A stretch of 64,000 nucleotides of DNA, from the NCBI RefSeq assembly GCF_964204645.1, contig NC_134029.1:11186850-11250849 (forward strand), read 5' to 3'. The stretch is from Tubulanus polymorphus (Eukaryota; Animalia; Nemertea). This document shows, piece after piece, positions 35,491-48,604 of this stretch. Position 1 is the stretch's first letter, and the number at the start of each line of letters is the position of its first letter. The notes below the pieces were generated by a model that saw only the letters and a list, made by a program, of their open reading frames with translations, had not been told where the DNA came from and made no database searches. Position numbers and translations under genes: made by a program.

Positions 35491-36453
35491 TCACTGCGAA
35501 ATTAAAAGGGCGATGATTTCGGCTCAGTAACTCGGAATTTACCTAAAAGTCGCTTGCGAAATTAAAAGGGCGATGATTTCGGCTCAGAAACTCGGAATTT
35601 ACCTACAAAATCGCTTGCGAAATTAAAAGGGCGATGATTTCGGCTCAGAAACTCGGAATTTACCTACAGAATCACTTGCGAAATTAAAAGGGCGATAATT
35701 TCGGCTCAGAAACTCGGAATTTACCTAAAAGTCGCTTGCGAAATTAAAAGGGCGATGATTTCGGCTCAGAAACTCGGAATTTACCTAAAAAGTCGTTTGC
35801 GGAATTAAAAGGGCGATGATTTCAGGTCAGAAACTCGGAATTTACCTAAAAAGTCACTTGCGAAATTAAAAGGGCGATGATTTCAGCTCAAAAACTCGGA
35901 AAATACCTAAAAAGTCACTTGCGAAATTAAAAGGGCGATGATTTCAGGTCAGAAACTCGGAATTTAGCTACAAAGTCACTTCCGAGATTAAAAGAGCGAT
36001 CATTTCAGCTCAGAAACTCGAAATTAACCTACAAAATCACTTGCGAAATTAAAAGGGCGATGATTTCAGGTCAGAAACTCGGAATTTACCTAAAAAGTCA
36101 CTTGCGAAATTAAAAAGGCGATGATTTCAGGTCAGAAACTCGGAATTTAGCTACAAAGTCACTTCCGAGATTAAAAGAGCGATCATTTCAGCTCAGAAAC
36201 TCGAAATTAACCTACAAAATCACTTGCGAAATTAAAAGTGCGATGATTTCAGGTCAGAAACTCGGAATTTACCTAAAAAGTCACTTGCGAAATTAAAAAG
36301 GCGATGATTTCAGGTCAGAAACTCGGAATTTACCTAAAAAGTCACTTGCGAAATTAAAAGGGCGATGATTTCAGCTCAGAAACTCGGAAAATACCTAAAA
36401 AGTCACTTGCGGAAATAAAAGGGCGATGATTTCAACTCAGAAACAAGGAATTT
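35491..36453 (+). repeat. ~60-bp satellite, about 16 units, with degenerate units from ~35190
   Basis: Unit gcgaaattaaaagggcgatgatttc.gctcagaaactcggaatttacctaaaaagtcactt. Confidence 0.95.
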
Positions 36454-39400
36454 ACGTAGTCGGATACTCGCTTATATCACGATCACATTTATATCACATG
36501 AATACTGATGGTCCAGAATTTTCTCCTCTATTCTCTTTTCTGTTCCGACCCTTTTTTTCTGGCTGTAAATCGATGATACATGTCAACAGTTGTTATTCTA
36601 GTTGTGAGAGTATATTGGAAAAATTGAACCCGAAATATTTCAGTGTTTTTAATCATTCTTGTAGATATGGATTAAATTTTTCCGTTTACAGAAATTAATT
36701 GGAAGTCGTATAGATTTTGGAAACGGCTGGAAATCGGAATTTTTCGAAGTCGAAGGATTTGTCTTGGTCCCAAAAGATCCAACTTACGCAAGGCTTTTAA
36801 ACTTCGGATAAACCGTCGAAATCACTTTTAAATTTTAAAACTAGTTATTCATAGCTCAGGAAGTCGGAAGAAACCCCACTTCATCTCTCCTTACAGATTC
36901 GGCACTGGAAATTATTTTTTAAAATGTGTTTTAGTTACCCCACTAAAAAACGAGTCAATATGTTTAATGGATGGCTGAATTTTTAAATTTTGATGCTATG
37001 TATGTTGCGCTCATCTTAATAACTATTCTAAACATTTAGGCTAAGTAACATCACGATGTGAATGCATTACATGTAATATTATGATTGAAACAATAAAAAT
37101 AAATTCATGCTTCAAAATATTTCGTATTGGGGCTTACGTCGAGTACTTTACTTCAGTAATTATCATTAAATGATATGATAGAATGCCAGAAAAATGTATT
37201 TGTAGGGCTGAACAGGTCATTCATATGTTGGGCTCTGCATCAAAGATCTGGTCTGCAGCAGCGATGTGGGGGCCTCGAGATATTGCATTAGAAGCCTTGG
37301 CAGTACATAGGAATCGATCTGCAGTCTGGGCCGACCACAATTCGATATTTTTCCTTCTATATATTTGAGATATTTGCCCAACGGTGTTGTCTTCCAGTCA
37401 AAACTATAGATGCATAAACTACTCAACTAAAATGTTGAACTAAAACCCAATACGATAACGTGAACTTCGGAAATTGATGTCGGGGAATTTAACATATGTA
37501 GGCCCTAGTCGTATAAGGAATCAAGTATGCTGCATCGAATCGATCCTATTCCCTTTCAGCAATGGAAACACAACGCTATGGTCTTATTTGAAAATATCTT
37601 TATTGACATGTAAATATGCACAAAATCTGTAGAGATATGATTAATTCTCGATGACTACAACATTAATACATATGTGTCAAACCTACGATGGAGAACCGAA
37701 ACATTTTTTTCTCAACTATTTTTTCATTTTTTGACTGGCCCCCTGATGTACAACCATGGAGGACTCTTAGTAGAGACAACATGCCATGCAACAGAAATAA
37801 TCTATTCCCACAATGGTTGGTACGTGGTATGGCAATAATGAATATTCCGACACTTTTGATAATTACAGCACAAAATTAATCTTTTACCCAAGGGTCATTT
37901 TAAACTATGTACGATATACATGTACCTGAGGTTGATAGAAATTCCTCAAATCAAAAATAACTGAATCTACATAGGGGAATCAATATATACCTTGTAGACA
38001 AATGGCCATTTAACATCATTATCAATACATAACATGGTTTTCATAAAAATTGACTAATACGTAGTAGTGTATTCAAATTTTCAACTCCCCTGGTGTAGAG
38101 TATACTCATTAGTCACAGATTTCTACAGGTATATAACATGTGACAGTGCTAATGATTATTGAAAATGAAGAAAATCATACATTGGATAATATCCCTTATG
38201 AAAATGGTACACGTGTATTTAGCTAAATACACGTGTAATACACGTGTAATATGAAATTACACGTGTACTTTTGACGTGTATTTTGAAGTACATGTGTAAA
38301 ACATGTGTATTTCTAAAATACACGTGTAGTTTGGACATGTATTTTGAATTACACGTGTACTGAAGATGTGTATTTTGAAATACACGTGTAACTTAGGACG
38401 TGTATTTTAAAAACACGTGTAAATACATGTGCAATCTGGATGCATGTACTAGGCTAAATTATACATCTACCTTGTTTCTCATAATTGGTCACTTTTGTGA
38501 ACTGCAATAAAATTTGTAATTACATCATTTAGCTTCACATGATTTCATAAAAAGTAAGATTTTGCATGTAATGTTCGGAGAATTGAAGGAATCTCCTGTC
38601 TTTTTAATTGTTTGATCCTCATTTAGTTTTTTTCCAGGATGCCGTGTCAAAAAAGTCATGTTGTTTGTCCTGTATTGACTAGATTGGATCCTGTATGAAT
38701 GAAGCACATGTCTTTGTTGCCCTCTGAATAAAGCCAAAAACTGTTTCACAAAAATCATGATCTGAACAAAAAATTTTTGATGTTTCATTTATTATCAAGA
38801 TAACTAGAGGCTTAGGGGACTGCCCAAGCCCCGAATTACAATGTTATTTATGAAAAATGTTGAATATATTGCTGTCACCAGCTCCAAGTGTTCTGCTTTC
38901 CTTGTAGGCCCATTCATTAATTTTGCTAGCTAGCTCTTCTTAGCCGAGGAGTCTTTTCAGTTGTTCATTAATGGGCATGTACACAAAAAATGTCCTTTTT
39001 CCTCTAATGTTGCCTTATCAAACTGTATATCACATAATGAACATTTGCATCATACCTGCAGTTTTTTGAATAATGTCTTATATACAGCGCAGTAATATTT
39101 GTTCACCTCCGCACATAGAGAAAATCTTTTCAAAATAGGCATTTAGAACTGCGTAGAACCGCTTCTCAGTAACAGTAAATTCAACCGATCCAACAATCCA
39201 GTCAAAACAGTTGATGTGGATCCAGCTTCGAGGGAGAACGTCATAATAGTAGTAACAGCCCCACGAAGGGTCACCTCAGCATTTGTGTGGAGAGGATCAT
39301 CTATTTCCATCAATGAGCTGTGGCTGCAAAACAGATTAAACATTGTGGTGATTGGTCAAGTTCATATCGGATGAGTAGATTGGCAATTAAGATTGCATTC

Positions 39401-42169
39401 ACTTTAGTCATAAAGCACTGTATTACTAACTTACGTCGTCACAACCATTGTCTGCATTATTGGTGGATTGTGGCCATTTTCAATTCTTAAATCTTCCAGA
39501 TTCTCAAAATCGACTTCTTGCAAAATCGAAATGTCCCTCATTTAGCAACATATTACCATCTACAAAACAAGAAGTAATTTGAGAATAAATTATTCCCAAG
39601 CATATAGAACTTAAGGCTACAGTAGGCCTATACGTAGGTTGGTTTCCAGCTAGCGATTTAGTAGCCTATTGTTGCGATGAACATGCATAACGTACCAGAT
39701 CGGACCTGGCTTTTTTGTCTGTAAGGGCTTATATACGAAATACATAGCATTGTCTATCATACATTATCCATTATATATGTATACACCATATTTTGTATGT
39801 TATACACAAAAAGGTACAAAAATGTGGTACAATGCGATCGTCCAATATACAGACACTGAGACAGACAGAGGCCATCCCCTCTATTAGAACTGAGCCCGCT
39901 TGTAAAAACTAACAACATTAACATTAAACTAAACAATTGGCCTATGCAATTGCATAATTCTACATGTCGCTTGTTTGTCCTGTCAACTTTATTGTCAAAC
40001 CAATAATATACTTGTTTAACATTGAATTGATAAGAACCAATAAAGTCAATTTGATTTGCTTAGATTTAAAATGATCTTACCTCCAAATGTTTAACATGTA
40101 GGCCTACTCGCGTATTTTAACTGGCCTGCTACTTGCAATTTCTTTTTCAAACTCCATGCTTGCAAAAGACGAATTCGGTTGGTATACATCGATATTTACG
40201 GGTAATTTTTCCACTAAAAAGTGCATCTTTATGTTATTTGTCTTCCATTTTGGAACACTACTAAAATGAAAACCTCACCGACGAACTGACTAGCTCCGAT
40301 TAAATGGTTTTCAATGAACAGAAAAACAACCTAGACAAATCTAATCTCATCTAAATGTTGAATTAAATAGTAACAGGCCTTATTCATGCACCTTTTTGTC
40401 TATTTTTTATAATACAGCGTATATTAAAATGATCGTCATTTCTTCACTGAATCGTTATTTTCAACTTACTTAATTGATTTTGCCTTAGCTTCATAATAAC
40501 TTAGTATAAGTTATTTTTACGAATTAAATATCACTAATCACGATTATTCTTAAATTCTAAAAGAACTAAAATGCAGATGTAAAACTTATTAATAATTAAA
40601 TAATCTATTTCAATTAAACTCCCAAGCACCCCTGCGCGGTGGCAGCCATATTGCCATTGTTAAGCAACACGTTTTCACGCCGTTTTCACAGGCTTTCACG
40701 ATCTATTCAGTATTCTATTCTCATAATGATTTCAAAACGCAATTATGGATGACAATGTATAATAGGGGATCATTGACAACTGGACCAAAAGTGACACTGC
40801 TTCTTTGTTTGAGGTGAAACACATAGTGGATCATTGAATGATTAGATTCATTAGAGTGGATTCGTATGGAAGTGGAACAGAAAAAGTCGAAGGCCATTTA
40901 TTATCCCGCGTTTAAAGGACGTTGTGGATTGTTCAGGTATGATTATTGTTATGTACATGTAGTAAAGTAAAGGTTTATTGTGTTGGGCTTCAGGCCACCA
41001 CAAGGTCACTAAAAGAATATGTTTATTGGAATGAAAACTAACATGACTAAGTAAATATTGTACTTGTAGGCCTAAAAATTGTGAGTGATCATTCCAATCG
41101 TGAGGGATAAAAATGGAGTGTCTTTGGTGTTTATTCATCCAATCTAAAAACCGCAGAGTCATTTTGATTTTGTTGTGCGCCCATCATCGCCATTAAATTT
41201 GTATGCTGGACATGAAATTAGGTCGCTGTCGGAGTTTCGATTGGGGACAAAAACGACATTAGTGCAATCAATTCTTGACCATTTTTTTTCAAACTTTATA
41301 GGGTCTACACCAATAAGAATTGATCCAATGACCGACACTATAAAATTGGAATTCCCATTTTTTTGGCTTAAAAATGTGTCCACCAGGGGATTGTTGGAAA
41401 ACGATGTTAGTGCGAGAGAGCCTTCAATTCTCCACTGATTTCTCAACAACGACAGTGTGATGAAAATCAGGTATTTACATAATAGATTATATGAGCGTCG
41501 AAATGGTTTTAGTATAGATTACAGCGTGAGCATTGTAAATTCTTCTCATTTTAGGATGCCTACTCACTATTGGATGATACAACAGCTGCTGCCATACGCT
41601 GATTAGTCGGAAAACCTAATACTGTTGGGTGCATGCATGCTGTCGTCCACTCATTTAAAAGAAGATCTAATTGTCAAGGCATTGGACTGGATGCGACGCA
41701 ATGAAAGTCTTCCATGAGGAAAAAAGTTGGACCCAAACCGGGTCGGCTAAATAATACGTAAGTACATGAATTCAATATATAATGGCTAGCGTTCATTTGT
41801 TGTTGATTTACAGGGGCGGATCCAAGCTGGAAGAACGAGGGTTCAGCTCTTATGAAAAGGGCCCTAGTCAATACAGGTCTCCCGGTGTGAAACGGTTGTA
41901 TGGGGTTTGTGCACTTTGATCATAGGGTGGAATTTTTCTCCTGTGATTCAAAAGGGCACTTGGTCAGAAAAGGGGAGGGTTTAACGTTTAATATGGCTCG
42001 AGGCGAACAATCACCGTGTCCTGATGCGTTGGGTGATTCAGTCGAAGGACGTGTTGGATTCGGGCGATTCAGTCGGCGCAGACCCTGACAAACTAGGTGA
42101 TTTTACCGACGATTTCATTGCACAACATAAGTGCTTGACGAAATTGCCTAATGTGTCCCCACCTTTAGT

Positions 42170-43110
42170 CCATTTGAGACTTTAGTCCAAGCGGGCTATT
42201 GCATTCACCCTTCGTTCGTCTGTTGTTGGAATCCAGTATTTTGGGAAGTTTTAATACTCTTGATATTTAAGTTATACATATATCTATCCTAGCCATGTCT
42301 CCAGCCCAAAACTGGTCCGAATCAAGATGGCCAACTGCATTGGCCATTTTCATTCCCCAAAATCATAACTTATGCAATTTTTTGAAGTTTTCAAGGGAAA
42401 TTTTGAAGATGCTTCAATCTTGACACAAGATGGCCATCATGTGACCTTTTTTGTACCCAAAAAGGTCATTTTTGTCTTGTAGCTGCCTAATGGTTTGCAA
42501 TTTTTCTTTGAAATTTGTAATGGGTGTACATTCTTAACAATCTAAAACATACGAGACAGATTTTTCGATCAATCAAGCGTGACACATTTGGCAGCCATCT
42601 TAGTGTCATCAGTTCTTATTCATAGATAGAAAAAGGTTTTTGAAGGAAAATATCAACAGGTTTTGACTTATAGTCTTGATATTTGATAATTGTTACCACT
42701 GTTGTAGTATTCATCTCATGTGGAATTGGGGTTACCCAGGTTTTTGTTCTCACCACCAGGGGGAGTTGAATATTGAATTATACAGGGGTCATTCATTTAT
42801 TACGTACGCATTAGGGGAAGGGGAGGGGTCAGTGCAATTGCGTACTGTATTGCTGAATGTATATGAAAAAATGGCCGATTTTGCGTACAAAGGGGAGGGG
42901 GTTTGAAAAATTCAAATTTTATGCGTACGTAATAAATGAATGATCCCATACAATTTGTCTAATTTATTTTGGTACCTATGAATACTTAATAACATCGATC
43001 AATTATAAAATTGTAGCTTGTGACATGTTTTATGATAGTGGTGAGTTTCAATGTCCTGTTTCTATTTTATTATGTTGATTGGTTAGCATTCGAAACCATA
43101 TGGGCATGGT
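42170..43110 (-). repeat. Degraded inverted family A copy
   Basis: gactttagtccaagcgggctattgc ... gggcatggtgtccctagacccct. Confidence 0.75.
42785..42947. mobile_element. Small MITE (Harbinger-like)
   Basis: TIR ggg.tcattcatttattacgtacgcat at both ends. Confidence 0.8.
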
Positions 43111-45068
43111 GTCCCTAGACCCCTTGTTTTTCATCAGGTGGCGTTGAAAATTGAAATTTCCAGATTGTCAAGCATTTCACCATATGGCTTAAAATCAAGT
43201 CATTGAAGAGTGCAAAAACTGTTAACTGTTATATGCAGAAGAATCTTAGAAAAAGCTACAGAATTCAATCATCATCCCAAGCAGCTGAAGTTGAATTATT
43301 TATCCGGGTAAAGAAATCATTCTATACTTTTGCTTAATTTTTTCAAATGGTTATCATTTCAGAACAATGTCGAAAGGAGAAGGGTGCGAAAGAGGCCAAC
43401 ATAAGACATGCCATAACTCAAAGATTTATAAAATTTATGAAGATGAATAAATCAGTTAGTATGGAAAATGTGAATCTCTTGAGTACGTTCATTCTAAACA
43501 GCACATGGATTAAGGAGATTTCCTCACATGGTGGTTTGATTTGAATTCAACAAAAAATGGCAATTGAAGACACATGTATTTAGCGTGTAAGACACATGTA
43601 ATAATGGATGAAATACACGTGTAATTAGGATAAAGTACACGTGTAATACAAGATGAAAAACACGTGTAATAAGGATGAAGTACACGTGTAATACACGTGT
43701 AATTTGGATGAAGTACACGTGTAATTAGGATGAAGTACACGTGTAATTTGGATGAGGTACACGTGTAATTTGGATGAAGTACACGTGTAATACACGTGTA
43801 ATTTGGATGAAGTACACGTGTAATTTGGATGAAGTACACGTGTAATTGGGATAAAGTACACGTGTAAAATTGGGCAAATTTTACACGTGTACTTGAAATA
43901 CACGTGTATTTTCATTTACAATTACACGTGTACCATTTTCGTAAGGGATAGCAGCAATATTAGACAATTGGTGGTCACCAATTTTAATAGGGGTAGACCT
44001 CTTACCTGCTAATACACCAGGGTCAAGGAAATCAATATAGGTTGGCAGGCTGTATGGTGCCAATGAAAAATTCAAGATGGCAGACATGGCTGTCATGTTG
44101 GACATATCATCTAGCTGATAGATCACCATTTTCAATATCACCTCTTACCTGTTCCAACTCATACACAAACTTTCAAGAAGATTTATTAAGACTTACCGGC
44201 TGTAGAGTTCTAACAAACCTTACAGGAGGGTGGTGCAGGAGGGTTAGAGATTATTACAACATTGAACATTTTGAAAGTTCAGATGAGAAACTAAGCTTCT
44301 TTCGCAAGTTATTTTGTACCAATGGAGGCACGTGTCATACATGAGCAAAAATGGACTTCAGTAAAGCAAAAGTCCATAAAAATTATACGATGCCCCTAGG
44401 AAAGGCATCAAGACAACACATCAAAGTGTAATGAAAACGTTAAAAAGAAACCTGATTCCATCTATGGACACTCATAATCCTCAAATGGACAAAAATGTTT
44501 GAATATTCAATACAAGTTCATACCTGCAAATGCAAATCAATTATACAAATTCACACATGGAATCAAAATTAGAAGAAGTTGCGTTGGCACAACCATAGAA
44601 GAGAATCTTCAATGACATAACAAAATAGAGAATATTCTTTTTTCAGAGTACATTTTTAAAGGGGTCCAGGAACACTATACTATGCCTACTCGGAAAGTGA
44701 TATGGAATGCCCAAAAATCAGACACTCCATGTCAAGTTTAAATATAGAATGAATGGTGTGAATTTTAGTTAATTAAAGATTTCATATCGATATGAGTTTA
44801 CTGTTTTGATCAGTTCAAAAACCTGGTGAAAAAAGGATAAATTCGAGCCTCGACTATTTTTGCACCGGTAGCTGGCGCCATCTAATTAACTAACACATCA
44901 GCGTTTCAGTCGTAGCGGAGTTCGGATTTTAGATGCAACTATATTTCAACTTGGGTTGTATTCTCACTTGGGGCGTAACAGAGATAGAGACCGGTAACCA
45001 GTCTAAATATAAATTTGAGGTACAACCGGCACGTGGTGCCCCCTCGTTGCAGTTTACATGAAAGAAAG

Positions 45069-45165
45069 ATGGCCGCTACCGTTGTGGAGAATATTGGTCA
45101 TCCCGCTCCCGTAGCTGCCACCGTTGATTTAAACGACGACGACGATGCTTGGCTGTATGGTGGAG
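45069..45165 (+). CDS. FIP1L1: Pre-mRNA 3'-end-processing factor FIP1, coding exon 1
   Basis: aagATGG start; MAATVVENIG..DDDDAWLYGG (FIP1L1 acidic WLYG motif); donor G|GTGCGT. Confidence 0.85.
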
Positions 45166-45276
45166 GTGCGTGTTACAACCCCGAAAAAAATTTCTTGATA
45201 TGCCCCATATGTGTAATATGTAATCGTTGGTGGTAAGCTTTTTATTATCGGATGAGCTTAACGTTTAGGCAGTCGT

Positions 45277-47579
45277 CAGGAACACTTTCCAAAAACGGCT
45301 TATTCTGCCAATTTCGGCGTTTTCCGCCAATTACGGCAGAATCAGCCGTTTATAGATCACTCAGTTTTGAAACTTTCACAGTCAGCCAGTTTCAGCTCAC
45401 CAAGTTTCGAGTTTTGCTTTCAAGTTTTTTGCACACTTCCGGTTCAATTAGTGCATGTTGCCGATGACGTCATAATCTCGAGCAGACGATAAGCTTTCAT
45501 ATGACGCTAGGATGGAAATTTTTGAGCTAGGTACACAGGGGCTCGTTACGATAGCTGGGGGTCCAAAATCAAAGATTTGACCCAGTATCCTAGGTACCAC
45601 CTATAAAAAAAGAAAAGGGAGCTAACATTTTGACGTACAAGAATTGACCTTCTCATTTCAACCCCTCATAACTTCGTAACCGATCGACCGATTTACACGA
45701 AATTAGATTCGTTTCATTCCCAAGAGGTGACTTTTTCGTTTGAGACCTTCCCCGATGAAATCGGACCGGAGACGCCCGAGAAATCACGACTCAAATCCGA
45801 AAAAACGGGTCAAAATATCCAAAGCCGGAATTACTAGGACGGCTTGAAGTGCTCAATTTCCGACGAAAAACGTTGATTTGACGCGGTTCCCGGACGTTAA
45901 TCTTCACATATCATACATCGCTGGAAAGCTTATGAACTGACCTTATTGACAGACGCGTTTATTTGATAATCCGTTCCGATACCCGCGACTGGCAAGCTGA
46001 TAATCCAGATTGATGTGATAAATACGATTTCCAAGTGTATTCCGGCCGCCATTAACTGCGTGACGTCATGAGAAATCCCAGCATGCAACGCTAGATAATT
46101 GACATATTCAGTCGACCAATCACGTATCGCGAATTTATCAGTCCTCAGAGCCCGTGACGTCACACCCTCAATGGCGGTTCAGTGACGCTTAAAGTGCGTA
46201 TTTATCGGTTCGGTGCGTATTATCACCTCGCTTGTCGCCGGTTTCGGAACGGATTATCAAATAAACGCATTTTTCAATAAGGTCAGTTCATAAGCTTTCC
46301 AGCGATGTATGATATGTGAAGATTAACGTCTGGGAACCGCGTCAACTCATCGTTTTTTGTCGGGAATCGACTACTCCGAGACGTCCTAGTAATTCCGGCT
46401 TTGGCTATTTTGACTCGTTTTTTCGGATTTGAGTCGTGATTTCTCGGGTGTCTCTTATCCGATTTTGTCGCGGAAGGTCTCAAACAAAAAAGTAACCTCT
46501 TAGGAATGAAACGAAACCAATTTCGAGCGAATCGGTCGATGGGTTACGAAGTTATGAGCGATTGAAATGAGAAGGTCAATTCTAGTATGTCAAAATGTTA
46601 GCTCCCTTTTCTTTTTTTATAGGTGGTACCTAGGATACTGGGTCAAATCTTTGATTTTGGACCCCCAGCTATCGTAACGAGCCCCTGTGGCTAGGTAAAG
46701 TGGTCAAATTTACGTTTTTCTAAATGATTACGTCGTATGAAGCCCAAAAACTCCGGGAAAACTCTCAAAACTACTACAGCATGAAACAAGTTTATTAATC
46801 ATGATTTTTGTTAAAAATAAATTTGGGAACTAGTTTTAAAAACTATTATAAAGTTTTAAAGTAAACGTTGCCATGGGTACACATAAAAACATTCGCCATT
46901 TTGGCGTAGTTAGTTTTTTAATCATAAATTATTAATCATAAACGGTTAATTGAAGGTAATTAACATCTTCGATGCCTCCAAGCTAATTGATGGATACTTG
47001 TGATGGATAGTGATTGAATGAATTGGTGGCCGATGACATTACAACTCAAAATCAATACAGCTGTATCTAGACTCATTTCAAAATATAACAAACATTTTCG
47101 AAACAATTTGGGATAAATGTATGTATATATTTATTACATAGAATACAGGTATACAGAAAGAACAGAATTCAAATACATTTGCCATCGGAAACCCGTACAT
47201 TTATATTTAATTCTTTCTTGAAGCCTGGAACGGATCAATGAGATTAATTTTTCGGCGCAAATATACAAATGTATGCCAGCAGAAAAGCGATGATGTCATA
47301 ATAGGGACTCCCATCGAACTAAGCACTGTAAATAGCACCTGTAAAACTATCTAAGCTAAAAACGCCGTTTCTGGCGATGTAGTTTTAAAAACTGTAACAG
47401 CTGAAAACGACGGAAATGGCGTTTTTTTAAGAACAAGCCAAAAATGGCAGAAAACGCCGATTTCGGCTAAATTGACAGAAGCAGTTTAAAACTGAGTAAT
47501 CCATAAATAGCTGATTCTGCCGTTATTGGCGGAAAACGCCGAAATTGGTAGAATAAGTCGTTTTTGGAAAGTGTTCCTG
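45277..47579. mobile_element. Long-TIR non-autonomous element in FIP1L1 intron 1
   Basis: caggaacactttccaaaaacg.cttattct.ccaatttcggcgttttccgccaat is inverted at 47505-47579. Confidence 0.85.
45534..46689. mobile_element. 1156-bp foldback MITE with ~450-bp TIRs and 8-bp TSD (P- or hAT-like)
   Basis: cacaggggctcgttacgatagc...gctatcgtaacgagcccctgtg; gctaggta on both flanks (45526-45533, 46690-46697). Confidence 0.95.
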
Positions 47580-47595
47580 GCTGTTAGGTTAGCCG

Positions 47596-47980
47596 GTTAG
47601 GGGTGACAAGGGCCAAAACACGGTTGAAAAAAGTAACACTTCAAAAATATACTTTCTATTCACTTCAGTCCACAATTAATGGCTTAAATCAAAAACTAAC
47701 ACAGGTACCTTTTGAAATAATCCAATTTTATGTATGTTTCGAGCGATTAATCAACATTATTTTGAGAAATTAATTAATTCCTCCACAAATTTCGCCATTG
47801 ACCGCCATTTGTCTGTATTGCATACATGTGGCATGATAGACTAGGTGACCTACAAGGATTTATATAAAACTCAAAACGAAACGACAATTTTTATTTTTGA
47901 TAGTTTTCCAACTTATATTTCAAATCTTCGTGTTTTCCACAATAAATGATGAAAAAATGAATTCTGGTTGAAGAAAATGT
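47596..47980 (+). repeat. ~400-bp segment duplicated at 50613-51007
   Basis: gttaggg.tgacaagggccaaaacacggttgaaaaaa ... attctggttgaagaaaa in both copies. Confidence 0.9.
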
Positions 47981-48210
47981 GAATAAGTGTTGATTTCTTA
48001 ATTTTTTCAATTTCGTCGTTTCGTTAGTTTGTGTTGTGGTCCTGGCCTCAGTCCACATGTGCCAGCACCCTCCACACGTTTTCAAAATGGCCGCTGTCGA
48101 ATCGACGGAAATTTACTCTCACTTTACGGCCGATTTGCACATGGATTAAGATCGTCAGGTGAGGTTTTATGGGGATCAAACAAACTACGAATCTGTTGTG
48201 CGTTGATTAC

Positions 48211-48604
48211 GGAATTTGTGTAATGTTGAAACCATCAACAAATCAATGCAATGCATATGCGCGAATACGTTGGACTTAGAAAATTCTAAGAGACTCCCAC
48301 GATAATTGGGACTCGAACACGCAAGCACGAGAGTGCTAACCTAACATTCCCCCTCGGCGCTATAACCGAAGATGCCAGACACCGTAACTTTTTAACTACT
48401 TATAGCCTCATCCTAACCCTACCCTATTATAATATGTTACGGAACCTAACCCTAACCCTAACCCTCTGGACCCTCTTGACCCTAACCCTCTAGACCCTAA
48501 ACCCTGGACCCTAAACCCTATCCCTTCTATTCAAAAAGCCGCCATTTTGTATCTTTCCAATATCACTTCCGTTTTGTGGATGGTTTCAACATTACCTATA
48601 TTGC
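48211..48604. mobile_element. MULE-like MITE with 9-bp TSD and internal CCCTAA-type repeats
   Basis: TIR core gtaatgttgaaaccatc.acaaa; gttgattac at 48202-48210 and 48605-48613. Confidence 0.8.

Larger units (their letters stand above)
38193..43947. mobile_element. 5.75-kb TIR element with subterminal TACACGTGTA arrays (CACTA/EnSpm-like)
   Basis: TIR cccttatgaaaatggtacacgtgta / tacacgtgtaccattttcgtaaggg; 2-bp AT on both flanks; palindrome arrays at 38208-38450 and 43570-43932. Confidence 0.75.

Noticed and set aside
35491-36453. Possible CRISPR array
   Set aside because: Units are contiguous near-identical 60-mers with no unique spacers and no cas genes; the context is eukaryotic.
43510-43915. 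Repetitive ORFs (ITRVLHPNYTC)n
   Set aside because: Translations of the TACACGTGTA subterminal array.
45015-45236. 73-aa ORF as a standalone gene
   Set aside because: It contains FIP1L1 exon 1 plus UTR and intron sequence.
48412-48520. True telomere or chromosome fusion site
   Set aside because: Short, degenerate and enclosed within a TSD-flanked MITE.
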